DNA from: Ramazzottius varieornatus
Taxonomy: Eukaryota > Animalia > Tardigrada
Length of the DNA: 64,000 nt
Assembly (NCBI GenBank): GCA_001949185.1
Contig: BDGG01000005.1
Location: 2,345,249-2,409,248, forward strand
Direction of reading: 5' to 3'
A model generated the notes under the pieces. It worked only from the letters and a program-made list of their open reading frames with translations. It searched no databases and was not told the DNA's origin. The position numbers and the translations under genes were made by a program. This document shows positions 38,004 through 52,900 of the stretch, piece by piece; position 1 is the first letter of the stretch; every line of letters starts with the position of its first letter.

Positions 38004-40287
38004 ATGATGACAACATCGGGGGAAGACTGCTTGACTTATGCGTTGGAAGGAGAAGCATTATGCAGAGCTGGGGACTTCCGATCAGGAGCAGATTCCTTCC
38101 ATCGTGCTCTCCAAGTGGGAACGTCAGATGAAGCTGTCCTGAGCGCTATTTATATCCAGCTGGGAAATGCCTACTTCTACCTGGAGGATTACGACAACGC
38201 TCTGGAATATCATACCAAAGACATCCGAATTGCCCGCCAGCTGCACGACGAGAATGGTGAAGCCAAAGCCAGTGGGAACATCGCCATGACTCTGAAATGT
38301 CTTGGACAGTATGAAGAAGCTATTCAGTGTGGCTTACGGCAATTGGACATCTACCGTAAACTGAACGATGATAAAGTAGCCATCAGCCGAGCGTACTACA
38401 ATCTGGGGAATATATTCCTCGCTAAAGCCAAATCGGTAAGCTTTCTTAAGCCAGTGGGTTATGACGTCAAAATATACTATCTGCAGACTTTTGTGCTCGC
38501 AAAGCTTGCGCTTCTGTCTGTGACGTCACCCGTTGAAAGACCTAGCTGAACAGACGCGGCAAGATCGTTTTCGCACTTGGCGCACGCTTTCAGCTCACAA
38601 CACTGATAATGTGCGCCACTAGGGAAACGATCTCATCGAGTTTGATCCGCCGTCTCAGATGTTCGGAGCGCTGTTGTGGTGTTCGATTCATTGACTCCCC
38701 GGTGTATTCTAAGAACGGATTGGTGTGCTTTCAGAGTATTGGTGTGTCATCGGATGGCGAACTTCCTGAGCCAGCCAAAGAGGACCTGATCTCTGCTCTA
38801 GATTACTACAAGGAAAATTACACGATGGTGAAAGACTTCAAAGATTTGGCTGCACAAGGCCGAGTTTGTGGCAACCTCGGCAGTGTCTTTTACATGCTGG
38901 GCAATTTTCCTCAAGCGGTCATGTACCATCAGGAAAGGCTTCTGCTCGCTCGAGAATGCAAAGACATCCCTGCTGAACGTCGAGCATACACCAACCTAGG
39001 GAACTGTCACGTTTTCCTGGGTCAGTATCCCGTGGCCGAGCAATACTACCTGAAAGCTCTGGCGTTGGTCGACGCTACACGAGATCGCGCGCTGGAGGCC
39101 CAGGCTTGTTATAGTTTGGGTAACACCTACAGTCTCATGGCTGATCATACTAAAGCTATTGATTACTACGAACGCCATTTGGCTATTGCCAAAGAATTGC
39201 AGGATGCTGTGGGACAGGGACGAGCGTGCTGGTCGCTGGGTTCGGCCCATGCCGCTCTCGGTCAAACGGACGAGGCGATCAAGTACGCGGAGGAGCATTT
39301 GAGGATCTCGCATGAGATCGGGGATACCAGTGGGTGTTCTTCGGCGGAAGCCAACCTTCATGAATATTCATTCCAGAGAGAAGGAACACCTGGTATGATA
39401 ATTCCTCAAGTGGCACCACCCCTCGTTTAACGAGGGTTGCTTTCTCCAGTGGCGCGTATCTTCAGTTTTTTTTAGCCTGACGTGTGCGCGACTGGGGGAA
39501 ACAATCTCTCCAGTTTTTTTCCCAAGGTCTCAAGTTAGGATTCGCGCTGTGAGCAGCCCTAAAGCTTGGTGGTTCTTTTCCAGTTTCGCCCGAGGATATT
39601 ACGGCCCGTATTCGCCGAATCTCTATGGAGCAAATGGACCTGCTGAAGGTCACTCCAGACACCAAAGGTAAACGCCCAATGGCGTCCTTGCCAGAAGAGA
39701 ATCGCCAAGCGACACCAGCTCACGAACCCTCCGTATCTTCGCCATCGTCAGCTCAGCCTACCTTGCCGTCGAAGCCGCCACCTCGCCGTCATGAACCGGA
39801 AGAAGATTTCTTCGACATGATTAGTCGGTGTCAAAGTCAGAGACTGGACGATCAGCGCTGCGCGTTCGTGGCCAACAAAGAAAATCATCACCAGCACCAC
39901 CATCTACCTTACAGTAATGGTAGCGCCAAGAACGGGACTGTTACTGGTAACGTCAAGACTTTCGAAGACTTGATGGACATGATCGCTGGCGTGCAGAGTA
40001 AGCGGTTAGATGAGCAGCGCGCCGATCTACCGTCACCATCCATGCGCAGTGGTAGTGCCGCTAAGCGTAAGGTAGGAGGAAATGAGGACGAGGACCAATT
40101 CTTTGAAATACTGATGAAAGTCCAGGGTTCGCGAATGGGCGATCAACGGGCCACGTTGAGTTCCTCAAGCATCGTCAAAGCTCCGACGGTCCCCGAAGAA
40201 GACTTCGCTTCGCTCGTTCAGTCCAGACGACGAGCGGGCTCGGGTGTCGTTGGAAGCAAGGAAAGCCTGCAGTCCAAGAAACCCTAG
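38004..40287 (+). CDS. GPSM2: Partner of Inscuteable / LGN (TPR repeats plus GoLoco motifs) (exons 38004-38435, 38735-39392, 39584-40287)
   Basis: CLTYALEGEALCRAGD, LSAIYIQLGNAYFYL, TPR array, RRISMEQMDLLKVTPD linker. GoLoco motifs FFDMISRCQSQRLDDQR, LMDMIAGVQSKRLDEQR, FFEILMKVQGSRMGDQR. Confidence 0.95.
38574..38622. repeat. Intronic palindrome family copy (Pins intron 1)
   Basis: CACTTGGCGCA-N27-TGCGCCACTAG with GATCGTTTTC / GAAACGATC flanks. Confidence 0.85.
39446..39495. repeat. Intronic palindrome family copy (Pins intron 2)
   Basis: CCAGTGGCGCG-N28-TGCGCGACTGG; extra half-site at 39407. Confidence 0.75.
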
Positions 40288-40967
40288 AAAAATCCACTTT
40301 GTTCCTTTTCCAGAATCTTGCATAATCAATCGAGTATTTTAATCGAGGTTTTTAGGCTGACCATTGACTTGTATCTCCCCTCCATTCATGCCGCTGGAAC
40401 CTCATGTAATAATTCCTGTGTTTTTTTCCTGTTTTTATACTATGTATTCCGACCCACTCGTTTTTACATGACGTTCCTCTCGTATTTTTCAGAAGATTTA
40501 GCTGAAAGTAGTGTGCTTTTATGGTTGTAACTACGGGCAAAAATCAACATAACCCTTCATTGGAGTGAATACAAAATTACACAATTTAGCGTTGTTTGTT
40601 GATGAACTGGCACTTCTTGTGGAAGTCGTGGCCCAGATGGCAGGTACCGTGGCTGTGCGAACAAGATAGCCCTGTTCAACAAGGGACCCGTGCACCGAAC
40701 GCAGGATCTGTTCTCGACCGACAGAAGTCAAAGTTGTTAAAGCAGCTTGACCCTCCCGACTGGCCAATGCGGTGGACCAAGGATAAGAAATAATCGTTCT
40801 CATTTCCCTTTCCGAATCTCTTCTCTGTCGGCTGATAAAAGTAAAACAACAAGCTGCTTCTATCAGTTGACACAGAACAGAGATAAACTGGTAAAAAAAA
40901 TCATGAGTTCGAAAAGGGTCGACGAACACATTATGTACGGTAAAACGAAAACATGCTGGCACAGAAC

Positions 40968-43900
40968 TCAATACAGTAAGATTCGCTTATCGACATTCTT
41001 CCGACAAATTGGGCATTCCGTTATGCGGTCGCCGCATAGTTGACATGTGCCATGACCACATAGGAAAGCCATGTTGCGCATACGATCCATACAGACGGGA
41101 CACATGGCCTGTTCTCGGATGTCCATCAGTTGCTGCTGCAACTTTACCACTTCCGGTTGGCCAGTAGCGTTGTTCATTACCTTGGCAGGTGGACTGTTGT
41201 TTGCGTTAGACGGCGGACTAGTTATCGCTACCGCTGTTGCTTCTTGTTCGGCCAACAGGCTTGGCAAAGGAGACGGTGGAGCTATAAATGTTCAGTTTAA
41301 AATATTTTGTCAGTTGAGGGGGATCGACAGATCACTTTCCGCAGTGGCGCACTACTTCAACGATATTGGCTGAGAGCATGCGCCACTTGAGAAAACGCTC
41401 CGGTCGAGTTCTTGTCTGCGGTGCTTTCGATTAATTTTTGCCTCTGACGAAGTACCTGAAGAGTTACAGCAAGCTGCGTAAGGTATCTGTCGGTCGATGG
41501 GTGTCCGACATTCCACGCACTTCTTCATGAGTCTTGCGCAGAAAGCGCAAGCGCACATGTGACCACACGGCTGGAACAGGACCGCTGCTTTCTTTTCCGA
41601 ACATACGACGCAGTCCTCGATCTTCGTTCGGCCCAAAACCGCTTCCTGAACATCCAAGAAGGTTTCATTTTTTTTATCAATCGCGACACAATTTCAAGTT
41701 GTGCATCGCCCATTTTCGACCAAGTACGATAAGTTCGGCTAAACGTACCTTGCATATGAGACATTTCTTGACACGAGGAGCGCAGTTCGAGCAAGTGACC
41801 ACATGGCCACACGGGGTGAAGAGCATGTCGCGAGCTTGGTCAGAGCAGACCATACAGTCCTTCGGGCAGTCGGAATCCAGCCGTAGGAAAGTACTGCTGG
41901 TCATGTTCCCACTACGAGTCAAAGCACAAATTAAACATAAAGTTACCAACGAAGTCATTCATAATTCCATGAAGGAAGGCTTCGTGTTTCCTTACGATTT
42001 CTCGGCCTGACACTTCTTGAGCTGCTTGGCCAAGTCTTGATCCGGGCACAGGTCCATCGGGCTCTGGTTTTTCTTGTTCTTGATATGTAAATCGGCTCCG
42101 TGAGACACGAGGAACTTGGCCATGGATGCACTGCTCTTGTGGTCTGCTGCTTGACTAGCGAGTCCCATAAACAACTGCACAAAAGGATATTCGTGAGGTC
42201 GGCCCACCAGACGTACAAGATAGTTATCTCAGGTGGCGCACAATTCCATTGTTATTGGCTGAAAGTATGCGCCACTTGAGACAGAAACCATGCACGTTTC
42301 GTTTTCCAACCTCTGAGTTTAAATCTACCAGGAACGTCAGGTGAAGAGAGCTTTCCTACCTTCCCGACGTCTTGAAGGTCCTGTAGTCTTCGTATCTGCG
42401 ACAGGGTATGGCTGCGAAGAGCTTCGTGCAGTGGAGTGTCGCCATCCTTGTCTTGCAGGTTGACGTCGCAACCTTCTTTAATCAGCATCTAGAACAGAAA
42501 ACAAAAAATTTTACAGAAGAATATCCAGTTACAGCAGTGGGTACACGGACACGCACCCGAACAACGTGAGCGTGCTGTCTTTCGACAGCCAGATGTAGCG
42601 GTGTCTGTTTGTTTACGTTGAGAAGATTCATATTGGCGTGGGCTTGCTTGACCAGGAGCTCGGCCACTTCCAGGTGGTTGTTTAAAGCGGCCAGATGCAA
42701 TGCAGTGTACCCGTCGTCTTTTTGTTCATCCACCAACCAGGGTCGGTTCAACTTGCTCAAAAGAATTTTCATTGCACTAAAAATACCAAAAGATGGTCAA
42801 TCAGGAACCAATTCGCTCATGAACTACTCGCAGCCAAAATCACACGACCGTTTTCTGGCCTTTAGAATCAAGTGGACCATGGCAACAGAAATCAGGGAAG
42901 TTCCCGAAACCAAAAACACTACGGAACCCTTAGTTTCTACCTCGACAGACCATACCGTGCTTTGAATGGTGGATATTACCGCTAAAACCTTCAATTTAGT
43001 TTTCGTGGTTTATTGATATGCCAGTTTTTAAACTTGGGTGGATAAGAATCGAACGACGTTTTTCTTGCGTAACGAAGAGGTTTAGAGGGTTAAATGGAAT
43101 AGTAATGTCTGTTCGGTTTAGTCGCGCCTCGTTAGATTCGGCATAAAAAGGCAAAATTGTTCAACTGCTAGCAAATATCATTCTGGTCAAACATGGTCGA
43201 ATCATCTCATCAGTCACTCACCACAGCTTTTTCGAGTTCACTTTGACCGTTAAATGGGGTTTTCTCATCGGGTTTATTTTGTTTACGACCCAAGTTGAGC
43301 TCCAGTTCATCAGACGAACTCAACGTATATAGGATCGGGTCGAGGTTCCCAGCAGAAACCTTCAATGCACTGTATCCTCTCACCACAAAAGTTCTTGGGA
43401 CCTGCAGAGTTCGAACTCGGCACCCGACGAACGCATGTAAGTCACCTGGGGAAAGTACCATAAGAGACAGATTCTGGCGATAACTCGGTAAAAAGTCTAA
43501 CACGGTCCGTTTTTCTTCGGCCATCTACTGACAGCATCGGTGGAATGACCTAATAACTTAGTCAGTCACATGGTCCCCGTAACGGGAAGAACCCTCAGTG
43601 TAACCTGCTTAAAATACAGCACTGTTCTCTTCCTCAAAGTGCGTCTCGTCGAGGCATCCGCACGCCACTTTGCCGACGTGCCCTGAGAAACTCTGAAGAG
43701 AAAGAAAAGTGAAAATCAAGCTTCTGGAATTTGTGATCATTTTAGTGCCGAGACAGACTGCAGTGTACTTTGAAGCGGCAAACGACCACATGCGGGGGTA
43801 GTTAAAGGTTATCAGCTGCATCGAACCGGCAAATGCGCAACGGCTTACGCTGCATGTGCCATCGCATCCTTCCTTCATTCGCAACAGACGCCATCTGATT

Positions 43901-46900
43901 TTTACTACCCTTGTTCAAAGTTCACTCTGACCGATCGACCATCATCATCGGCACTCTTCAAGCTCGCAAACCAAAGCCGACAGACTACGTGATTTTGATA
44001 CAGATGTGGGTCATAACCAGGAACCCAGATGTCACGGACTTGGTCCACGCTTTCAACTGTTAGAGCACGTTTTGTCATATCACCATACCAGGCTGAAACC
44101 ATGGTAAAATGCCTTATGTTTGACCGGGAGTTCAAAGAATCATTTCTCGTGCTCTTTATCGGGCATCACCGTGGTACAATTTTTACGCACTTTTTACACC
44201 ATATTTACAGTTGGTCTGCGGTAGAAGAAGCATCGTGCTTGACACAAGCACCACGCCGCAACGTCTGACTGACTTTTGTCAACAAACGCTCACCGACAGA
44301 GCCCGAGAGAAACCGACCTGCTTTCTTCCTCGTTCTCTGTCCTAACTGACGCATTTCGTAACGTTCACCATAATCGAAGAAGTTTACCGCTGATCTCTGA
44401 TGGACCTTCTATTCGGCTTCTGTCTGTGAAATAAACGGAGAGTCCTGAAACCCAATTCGACCACAGTTGTCTCCCATATGGCGCATTTTCTCGGTGATGT
44501 TGCCTGGGAGTGTGCGCCGGATGGGAAAGGATCTGGTCGGGTCTGTTTTCCCATGCAGCCCAGGCTTTCAGTAAACTTGACTGGCATTGTGCGTCACTTG
44601 GGAAAAGATCTGGTCGAGTTGGTTTGCCGCTCTCACTTCTTGGAAATTGATTATATCGTGAGGATGTTTTCGGGGATACATGAAATATTTCCATGCGGAG
44701 TGTTTCTCGTCAGTCGGCGCTGCCACGGTTCATTCACAACAGCCTCTGTCCGTTCCATCATATGCTCCGATCAATCTCTCTTCATCTTCAAGAAATCAAG
44801 ATCACTCCTTGAGCATGGACTGCCAAAGCCTGTTGCTTCCCTCGCTCTGCATACTCGTCCACTGTGCATGCGATTGCAACTTGGCTGTCTGTAATGGGAA
44901 ATAACAAGCGCCGGACCCTCGTCAAGTTTCCTTTCCGGCTTAAGTCTATTTCTGGACATCACTTTGCAACTGTACATGCCAGTCCGGCTGTCTCTACTCT
45001 GTATCCTCAGCCTTGGACGGACGGATGGAGATGCTAGTCTGGTGTGAAGGATGGATGGTTGTCAGAAGCGGATGGCTGCCGTCCAACCGACCACGCGTGA
45101 CACAAACAGCGGCGACCCCAAGATCCCGGCGACCAATTCCTGACACCGGAGAAACAGCAAAATGGGCAAAACGAAAAGTGCCGAGTTTTTTCACAGTAGT
45201 ACTCAGGAAGTCGCACTGAAGTACCCAGGTAAACTGACCTTCCTGTCAATCGGGTAGTATAAATTTCTTGGAAACTTGCAGCAGAACCGTTTGCATTTTG
45301 AAATTGTCGGTAAAAAAAGGAGAAAAGATTTTTCTAATTGTCTACGGTATTTCGTGAAGAAACTGTAGGGCTTCATTCACTCCGGTCGTGGTAATTGATG
45401 AAGCACAGGTCTGCATTTGGGACACGGCGCGAATGGTCTGCACCAAATCACTATGTCGAGTGGCGCACCTTCACAGTGTTCTTAGCTGTGAGTGTGCGCC
45501 ATATAAGTGATCTGGTTTACTTCTGCATCCAAAGCCGTTCGAAATTTCGGTTGCGAAACACCATGAAAAGTCAAAAGCTTTTGATTTTGAAAGTTCTTGA
45601 TAACTTTTTGGAATTCACTGACACCATACAACAGTAAAAAAACACAGAGTGCCCTGTTTAATTACAGTTCCGATCACCATTCGACCTCGCAAGCTCATCT
45701 CAAATTTCACCTCTTTGTCGTCCTGGTCGCACTGAGTGCCCATCGACCTGTCTATCTATCTACAGTATATTTGGGATGTGCAAGAGGCAATCTCATCTTC
45801 ATCACAGAGTCTCTGCTATGCCTGTTGCTCATTTCTCTCAACTCTAACCTCACCGTCCCAGCTTGCAGTCAGCCTCTATGCTTCATCTTCCACTCCATCA
45901 AGTTACAGTTCAGAGCTCGGCCGGAGAACGCCAAGAGTCCAGATATAAATAGCCTCCTTCGCTCTCCTCCACCAAGACCAAACACTGCTCTACGAGGCCA
46001 TCCAGTCCAGCTCCAAGTCTGTCGCCGCCAACCGTCAACCAAAATCGCCTGACGTCGGCATATGTTGGCCATATTTGGTCGGCCATGCCAATTTACCCAT
46101 ACATATGCCAGACTAAGGTTAGCACGTACTTTTCGGTACTCTCTCCTTCCAGCCATCTTCCTACTCTTCTTCATATAAGACCGCAACGCATCCTCGACAC
46201 CAGGCCGGACGTGCTATGTTTCGCCTTGACGTCTCGCTGTCTCCTCAGACGACCATGTTCAGTTTCATCGCACACAGCTCCCGATTCCGCTCTCTTCTTA
46301 AGCTTCATCGTCAATGGTCATTTCAGCTTATCGACTTTTCAGTTGCTCGTTTCCTCTGACCCTATCTGGTGCTACTGTCGTCTTCCGCAAGATCACCGGC
46401 GGCCTTTTTCGCCTCCTCCAGTTCCTCAGTGGACTCAACTGACCTTTCCGGGACTTTAACGTGGAGAATATCCCTTGCTCATTGCTTGGTACCTGACGAG
46501 GAACCTTAGCTTTCGTCCCAGTGGTTGACCAAGCTCCGTGCTTCATTATTATTCCATAGAGCATCATCAAATGCTATGGAATGTAAAGAAGTATGGAGCG
46601 AGCTTACCACTTCACTTCACGACGCCGGCACAGTCCACGCCAACGGAGAACTCTCACGAGCTACTGTACAACGTCCAGGGTCAGAAATATTTCATGCAAC
46701 AGCTCGCATCCTTTTGGAATGAAGGTGCACTGAAAGACGCACTTGGCGGGTGCAATTGTCTTTAGACAAGTCCCGCGAGGTGCGTTTTTTAGGTACCGTA
46801 GCATTAAGGTATTGCTGGTTATCCATCGTCAAAGAGCCTAATGACCGCGATAAGTTCGTATTACTGTTCGAAGGAATCCATCTTATCGGCATAACGACCT

Positions 46901-49900
46901 CATTAAACCAATCTCTAGCGGCATTATTTTTCCACCTCGTTAATTCTTTCCGTCTCTCACTTTCTCGAGTTTCCTTTCCAACTCAAATACTGTCTCAATT
47001 AAAACCACCGAGAAATGATCTTCGGCACGAACCAACTCCCGAAAAGAGACATCGTCTCGGTTGTTTCGGACCAACGCTGGCTTGCGGTTGGATAGGTGTA
47101 ACCCACAGCTCAAACGAGGGCGACTAACTCTGACAAAGGCAGACGCTGCCCGACCATTTCTTCGCGACAGGCGATACCTCGAGAGTTTTACCCATACTGC
47201 TCACGTTGGTCACCAGCGAAGATGCAGCTTGACGCTAGGAAAACAATCCGTCATCAAGTGGCTTCATCCCTTCTAGCAGCCAAAATAGCTCGACTGCTGG
47301 TGATGTACACTTTCCTTCGAGTACAGCGGACAGCTCGACCCATATCAACTTCTGAAAATATCTTCCTGCTGAGCAAAGCTTCTCCGAGACTTGGTAAGAT
47401 GTTTCCTCTGTAAACTGACTCCCCCAGCCATTTTACCGGCTTGCCTTGCGGATACTGTAGTCTGTTCCATCCAAGAGCAAGATGGGACGTGGGCAGATGA
47501 ACTCAGCCAGACCGTTTTGCCCAGTGGCGCACACTTTCGGCTAACAACAACGTGAGCGCGCGCCACTTGGGTCAGCGATCTGGCTCAAATGTCCCAAGTG
47601 GCGCATCTTCACATTGCGCTACTTGGATAAACGATCTAGTTGCATTCGCCCAGGTCCGACTAAGCGTACGAGTGGCGCCATCTATCGTTGACAACTCGCG
47701 CATGAAGGAAATGCGAAGACCTTGACCAAGCTTTAGCGAACCGCCGCTCCGCAAGTCGCCAGCTACTTGGTTCTCTCTTCGGCGCTATACAGAGTTAACT
47801 TTATGAGAGAGGAGTCCATATGAGCCGGTAGCGGAAATCGATCTGGGCAATACGATCGCTGTTCCTGACGAGGAAGCAGTCTCTCGAGAAAGGAGAAAGG
47901 CCAGAGGAAGACCCGGATCGACTCGAGTACATCCAAGGCTTTCTGAAAATCTGTCTGGCGTACCAGATATTCTATCATCCAGCATGCTTCCAGCTTTTCC
48001 TTGTCCGCAGACGCTGAACGAGGAGCGCCCTCCAGGTTCTAGCTATAATCCTTCAGTTCCATCTTCCAGAGGTTTCTTCTGATTCCAATCGTTTCCAAAT
48101 CACGGCTAATACTGCTGTGGTTTTCAGTTTATTTTTCCGCTTATCGGATTCTGCTGAAGTATTATCGGGTTCATGTTTATGTCATTTTGTTGTTTGGCGT
48201 GGGCAGCGAACTAATTTCTAGTGCCTTACTTCTGGAGCCAAGTTCGCAATGCAACAGCAAAAAAAGTAATCATTACCGACACACCTGCTGTGTGGTCCAG
48301 ATCATGAAAAAGTCAACTGCTGTTCCGCAGAGAATTCTGATATCATCTGGAGCAAAACCACAACCTTCAACGAGCATAAAGTAAGTGAGACGCAATCGAG
48401 TTAGTGCAACCTCAAAGATCGCCAAATGACTCGAACGAACCATAAGAAACGATCGAACCTTCCCCTATCATCTTATAAAGCCTAGCTCTTAAGCCTCAAA
48501 GACCTATACCCGCACATGGGCAACGAGGTTCCTCCTTGTTTGTTGTCTCCCTTTTCAACAAGTTAGACTATTTATCGATTACTCTAATCAGCGTGACCAA
48601 TGCCATTATTCAAATTATTCACGCGATTCCAAGTTCTGTAGCAGCACTTTCAATGTCAACAATCCACAAGGTTATCGAGCGGATGCGCGACCGAAAAATC
48701 AGTGAAAGGCGCGAAAGCTGGCGCTCGTGGCAGAAGCTACAGTCGGCTTCTTTCCATACTTTCGAAAGAAGCTTGTGAGCATTTCTCCCCTGGTATTCGG
48801 AGGGAAACATCTTTCCAGTATCTTTCCGAGTCAGCATTCTTCACCTCTGAAACTCTAATCAAAAAGTGCGGAAACCGGACACAAACCCTCTGCATCTCTG
48901 CCGTCATCCGACCACAGGACTTGATTTAAAGAAAACGAAAACAGCGTGGCACCACATTCCGGCCGACGCCTGCCAGATCTAGATGGCTACAGCTAAGCGA
49001 AGCCATTTTAGCAGGGATTGCTTTCCAGTAGCTTCAAGAAGCGGCGAACGAGCCAGGTAATCCCCCTAGAATGGTTTAGAGCACAAGACAAGAGCGACAA
49101 TCAAACGGAAGCCAGCCACATCAATCACATGCACAACTCGCAGTGCCATCAACATTTTCAAAAGTGCAGCGTATCGGTCAGACGACCATCTCAACACCCA
49201 ACAGGATGCTAAAAAGCCACGTTCGCACAACATCCAGTCAGAGCAGGCTTTCGAAGCTACACGTGACTGTAACGAGCGCCGAAATCGTCAAGCGCGTCTT
49301 CAAGGGCGTAAAAAAAAAGGAAGACCCAAACCCGATCCTCGTGCTGGCAGCGATACAGCCGACAATGACGCACTGCATCAATCCGCAGTCTCTTATGAAG
49401 CGCGACAGCCCGTAACAGCCTTGGCTCCCGAAAGGCCGACAGTACGCGTGTCTTGTTGCGTTCCTCGGGTTCTCCGCATACTGAAGTCAGTCGTACACTG
49501 AGCAAGGCCTTCTTTCGGCGTACCGCAGCCTTCGCGGTTCCCTGCGTCGCTTGCCAACACAGAAGCCTTGTACCCATCCACCGCCGCGCACGAAATATTT
49601 AGACGACAGTCCTTGGCACATTACGTAACGTCAATACTGCCGCAGTACTTCAAGAACGTTTACAGTTGGAGAGTTAGAAGACTGATCGATAAATGTGATA
49701 TTTATCTGTAACAGGTCTAGCTGCCTTCGAACCCTCGCTTCGCCTTCAACACACGCGCCAGACGACTTTGGGTTCGAAACTCAGCAGACATTTCCTCAAC
49801 AGAGCCTACAGCGTCACAACCCGCATAGTCCCCTTATTATTTTCTTCCTTCCCCCGTTCCTTCTCATCTTCTTCCATCCAACCAAGCTCTTGCTGTTCAG

Positions 49901-52900
49901 CAGAGTGCTAAGCCTTGCCGTCTGTCAATCTCTCCACCACGCATATCTGCCTTTTATAAGCTCGCTGGCTGTACCCGGACGTCCTTCGACGTAACACTCT
50001 TCGATCGCAACAAGGACGAGCCTATCTAGCTTCCTTTTCCCCCTGACTGTCGCAGACTTACTTTAGCCTCCTCTCTCTCTCTGCTGCCCAACATTAGCAC
50101 ACACGACCGACCAACGTGCTAGCCGTCTCTTGCTCTCGTTCGTCGTTCTTGACATTCTTCGCTCCCGTCATTAATTGTGCATGCTTTTCCTCCCTTCCAG
50201 CCACCATCCGGAACTCCACATATGGAACGAACGTTTGGAGGCATCTACTCGACCACTGTTACGCCTATCACGCATACCTTTTGCATCATCCTTCCGACTA
50301 TCCATCCGCCTTGCTTTCATCTCTTACATATTTTACAGGGTTTGATGGTTTCCTCAAGCGCCAGGAACACGCGCGTCCCGTGATTGCCGGACTTCGCCTC
50401 TGTTGGCTGCAGTTGGCTGTTGCCGGGCCAAATTGTGTCAAGACTACAATTGGTCCCCTTCAACCAGCTGTAGCCAACAGAGACACCTCAACCCATGCCG
50501 TCGGATGAGCGAACCGACGCTCCCCTCTCAACGACGAGACCTTCATCGGTGATGATCTTCCTGTGGAGCACCCATACGAGGATATCAACCCGACGTAAGA
50601 CACTCCTGCTTCTGCCCTTTTATTGACTGATTTTGTCATCATCATGGGATCATCAGGAGCATGCAGGTAAGTCGATACCCGAATTCATCTGGCCGCTCCT
50701 TCGATAATTCTCATGCTATATTGTGTCTAATTTGGAAGCTCGGCAAACGAACTCGACCAGATAATTTTCCGAAGTGGCGCACGCGTGCAGCTATTATAAC
50801 TGAAAACGCGCGCCACTTGGGAAACGATCCACTTTCCGATATTCCCGCAAACTTCAGTTTTCTGAAATTGATTTCAGGGACAATTTCATAAATACAGAGG
50901 ATAATTTTACAGTGAACTGAACGAGTGCAATAATGACCACTCGCTTCCTGCCGCGCCCTCGAATATTCTCAGCCGCTGTTCTTTTCTTTGGTCTAGAGTT
51001 TCAAGCCTATTACCGCACTTTGATTCCACGTGCATGTTCTTCCAGGAAGGACTCTACCGATCACGCAAAGTGAAGTCCTCCTTTCATCATACGGAGCTAA
51101 TTATACGAGTCAATCAACGTCGAAGGCATTTCTACCCACGGTTTACATTTAGTCTGACAAAGAATCCGTGCTCTCAGTAGAGTAACTCCTCGCAGCTGCG
51201 CCCATGTTATGCACGAGGGATTTTCTATGAAGCTCCATACTCTCTACGAAATGTGAACCAGACTCCTTTCAAAGACACCTCCCCTCAGTTCCACCTCCAC
51301 TTGGAAAGTTCGGCAGCAAATCGTCTGATTTTTCACATTCAGCTTACTGATGATTTTGCGTTCAGATGTTGTCGAACAATATTTCCGTTAGGGAACATCG
51401 TCATTCAGGCATTTCGCTACGACAAGTCGCATTTTCTGTGCCTGATGAGAAACCTTGATCATTTTCCTGCATTCTTCTCAATGACGCTTCCCTTAGTCGT
51501 CCCTAGATATCCTTCCCCTCCCATTATTCTTCTATTCTCAACTCATGGCCCATTATGTTCTCTGCTCTTACCTGGGATTGCCTCTGAGAGCAGCGTGATG
51601 GAGTGTGTTGAAGCCGTTGTTGTTGCATAAGGAGACGTCGGCGTTGTGTTCCAGGAGTAACGACAAAATCTCATCGCGCTTCTTGCTGACGGCGTCGTGC
51701 AGCGGTGTCTCGCCTTCGCTATCCTACCCAACAGAAAGACAAGCATCAGTTAATGCTACCCAGCAATGAAGATACAAGGAGATACTTGAAGGCTCGGATG
51801 AGCACCACACTGGAGGAGAGACCGTACGACGGCAGTATGGCCTTTATGGACGGCAATGTGGAGTGCCGTCTGCTTGCGATTATTCCGAGCGTTCAAATCG
51901 GCATTCCCCACTTTGGCCAACAACTCCACCACCATGCCGTCGTCGTTAAACGCCGCGTGATGGATGGCTCGGTCTCCATCCTTGTCCTGCAGAAAGATTC
52001 CCAATTAGTTCGGTTAAATTTTCGGCAGAAATAACAGCCCTCATGCATACTCGGCACACCTGCGTACAAGAACCCACACATTTGTCAATACTCAACATGT
52101 ATGCAGGTTGAGATTTTCTGATAACTTCACCGACAAAAGCATTACGATAATTGCCTTGCCATTTCTTTCACCATTCTATTCCACTCCAAATTTCGAAAAG
52201 GCAGGAAAATATCAAACTTGGAGATGAGTTAGAAGGTTCGGTCGGTTCGAGTCACCAGATCAACATGGTTGTATACAGTGACTTCCGCCTGTCTTTGTAA
52301 CTCATAAAAGATCGACAGAAATTCTTATGGACTTCTGCTTTAGGTCGTGTTCATTTAATCACCCTGGTAGGCTACCCACCCACGTGCCGCAATGTCGAGT
52401 CTACCGAAGCACGTGGGTGGGCAGTCTACTAGAGTGAATAAATGAGCACGGCCTTAATCTCAGGCTCGTCTGACTTGTGAGTTACATAAAGTTGTTCGAG
52501 GGACAACGAACCTCAGTTTCGACTTCAGCCTTGACCTTCAAGAGGACGCTCAGGACGTCAACATGCCCGTTTTGCGAAGCAGCCTGGACAGCTGTATGGC
52601 CGGAAAAGACGCCATTAACCTAGATAAGGGACAGAAACAAATTTTTCACGCTGCTTCCTGACAAGCATACAACTGCTACCGCCACTCTGGTGAGCAATAA
52701 AAGAGATATTTGGCACTTACGTCGACTTCGGGACGCTGTAACAGTTCTTCACACTTGCCACAGTCACCGGCAGCAGCCGCTTTGACAAGTTCCTCATGAA
52801 TGTCTCCACTAACTTGTGTTTCGTACAGCTGCTTCAGCAGAGCCTTCAGACGATCTAATAAGCAAAACAAAAAGAACCCAAACGTCAACAACACGGAAAA

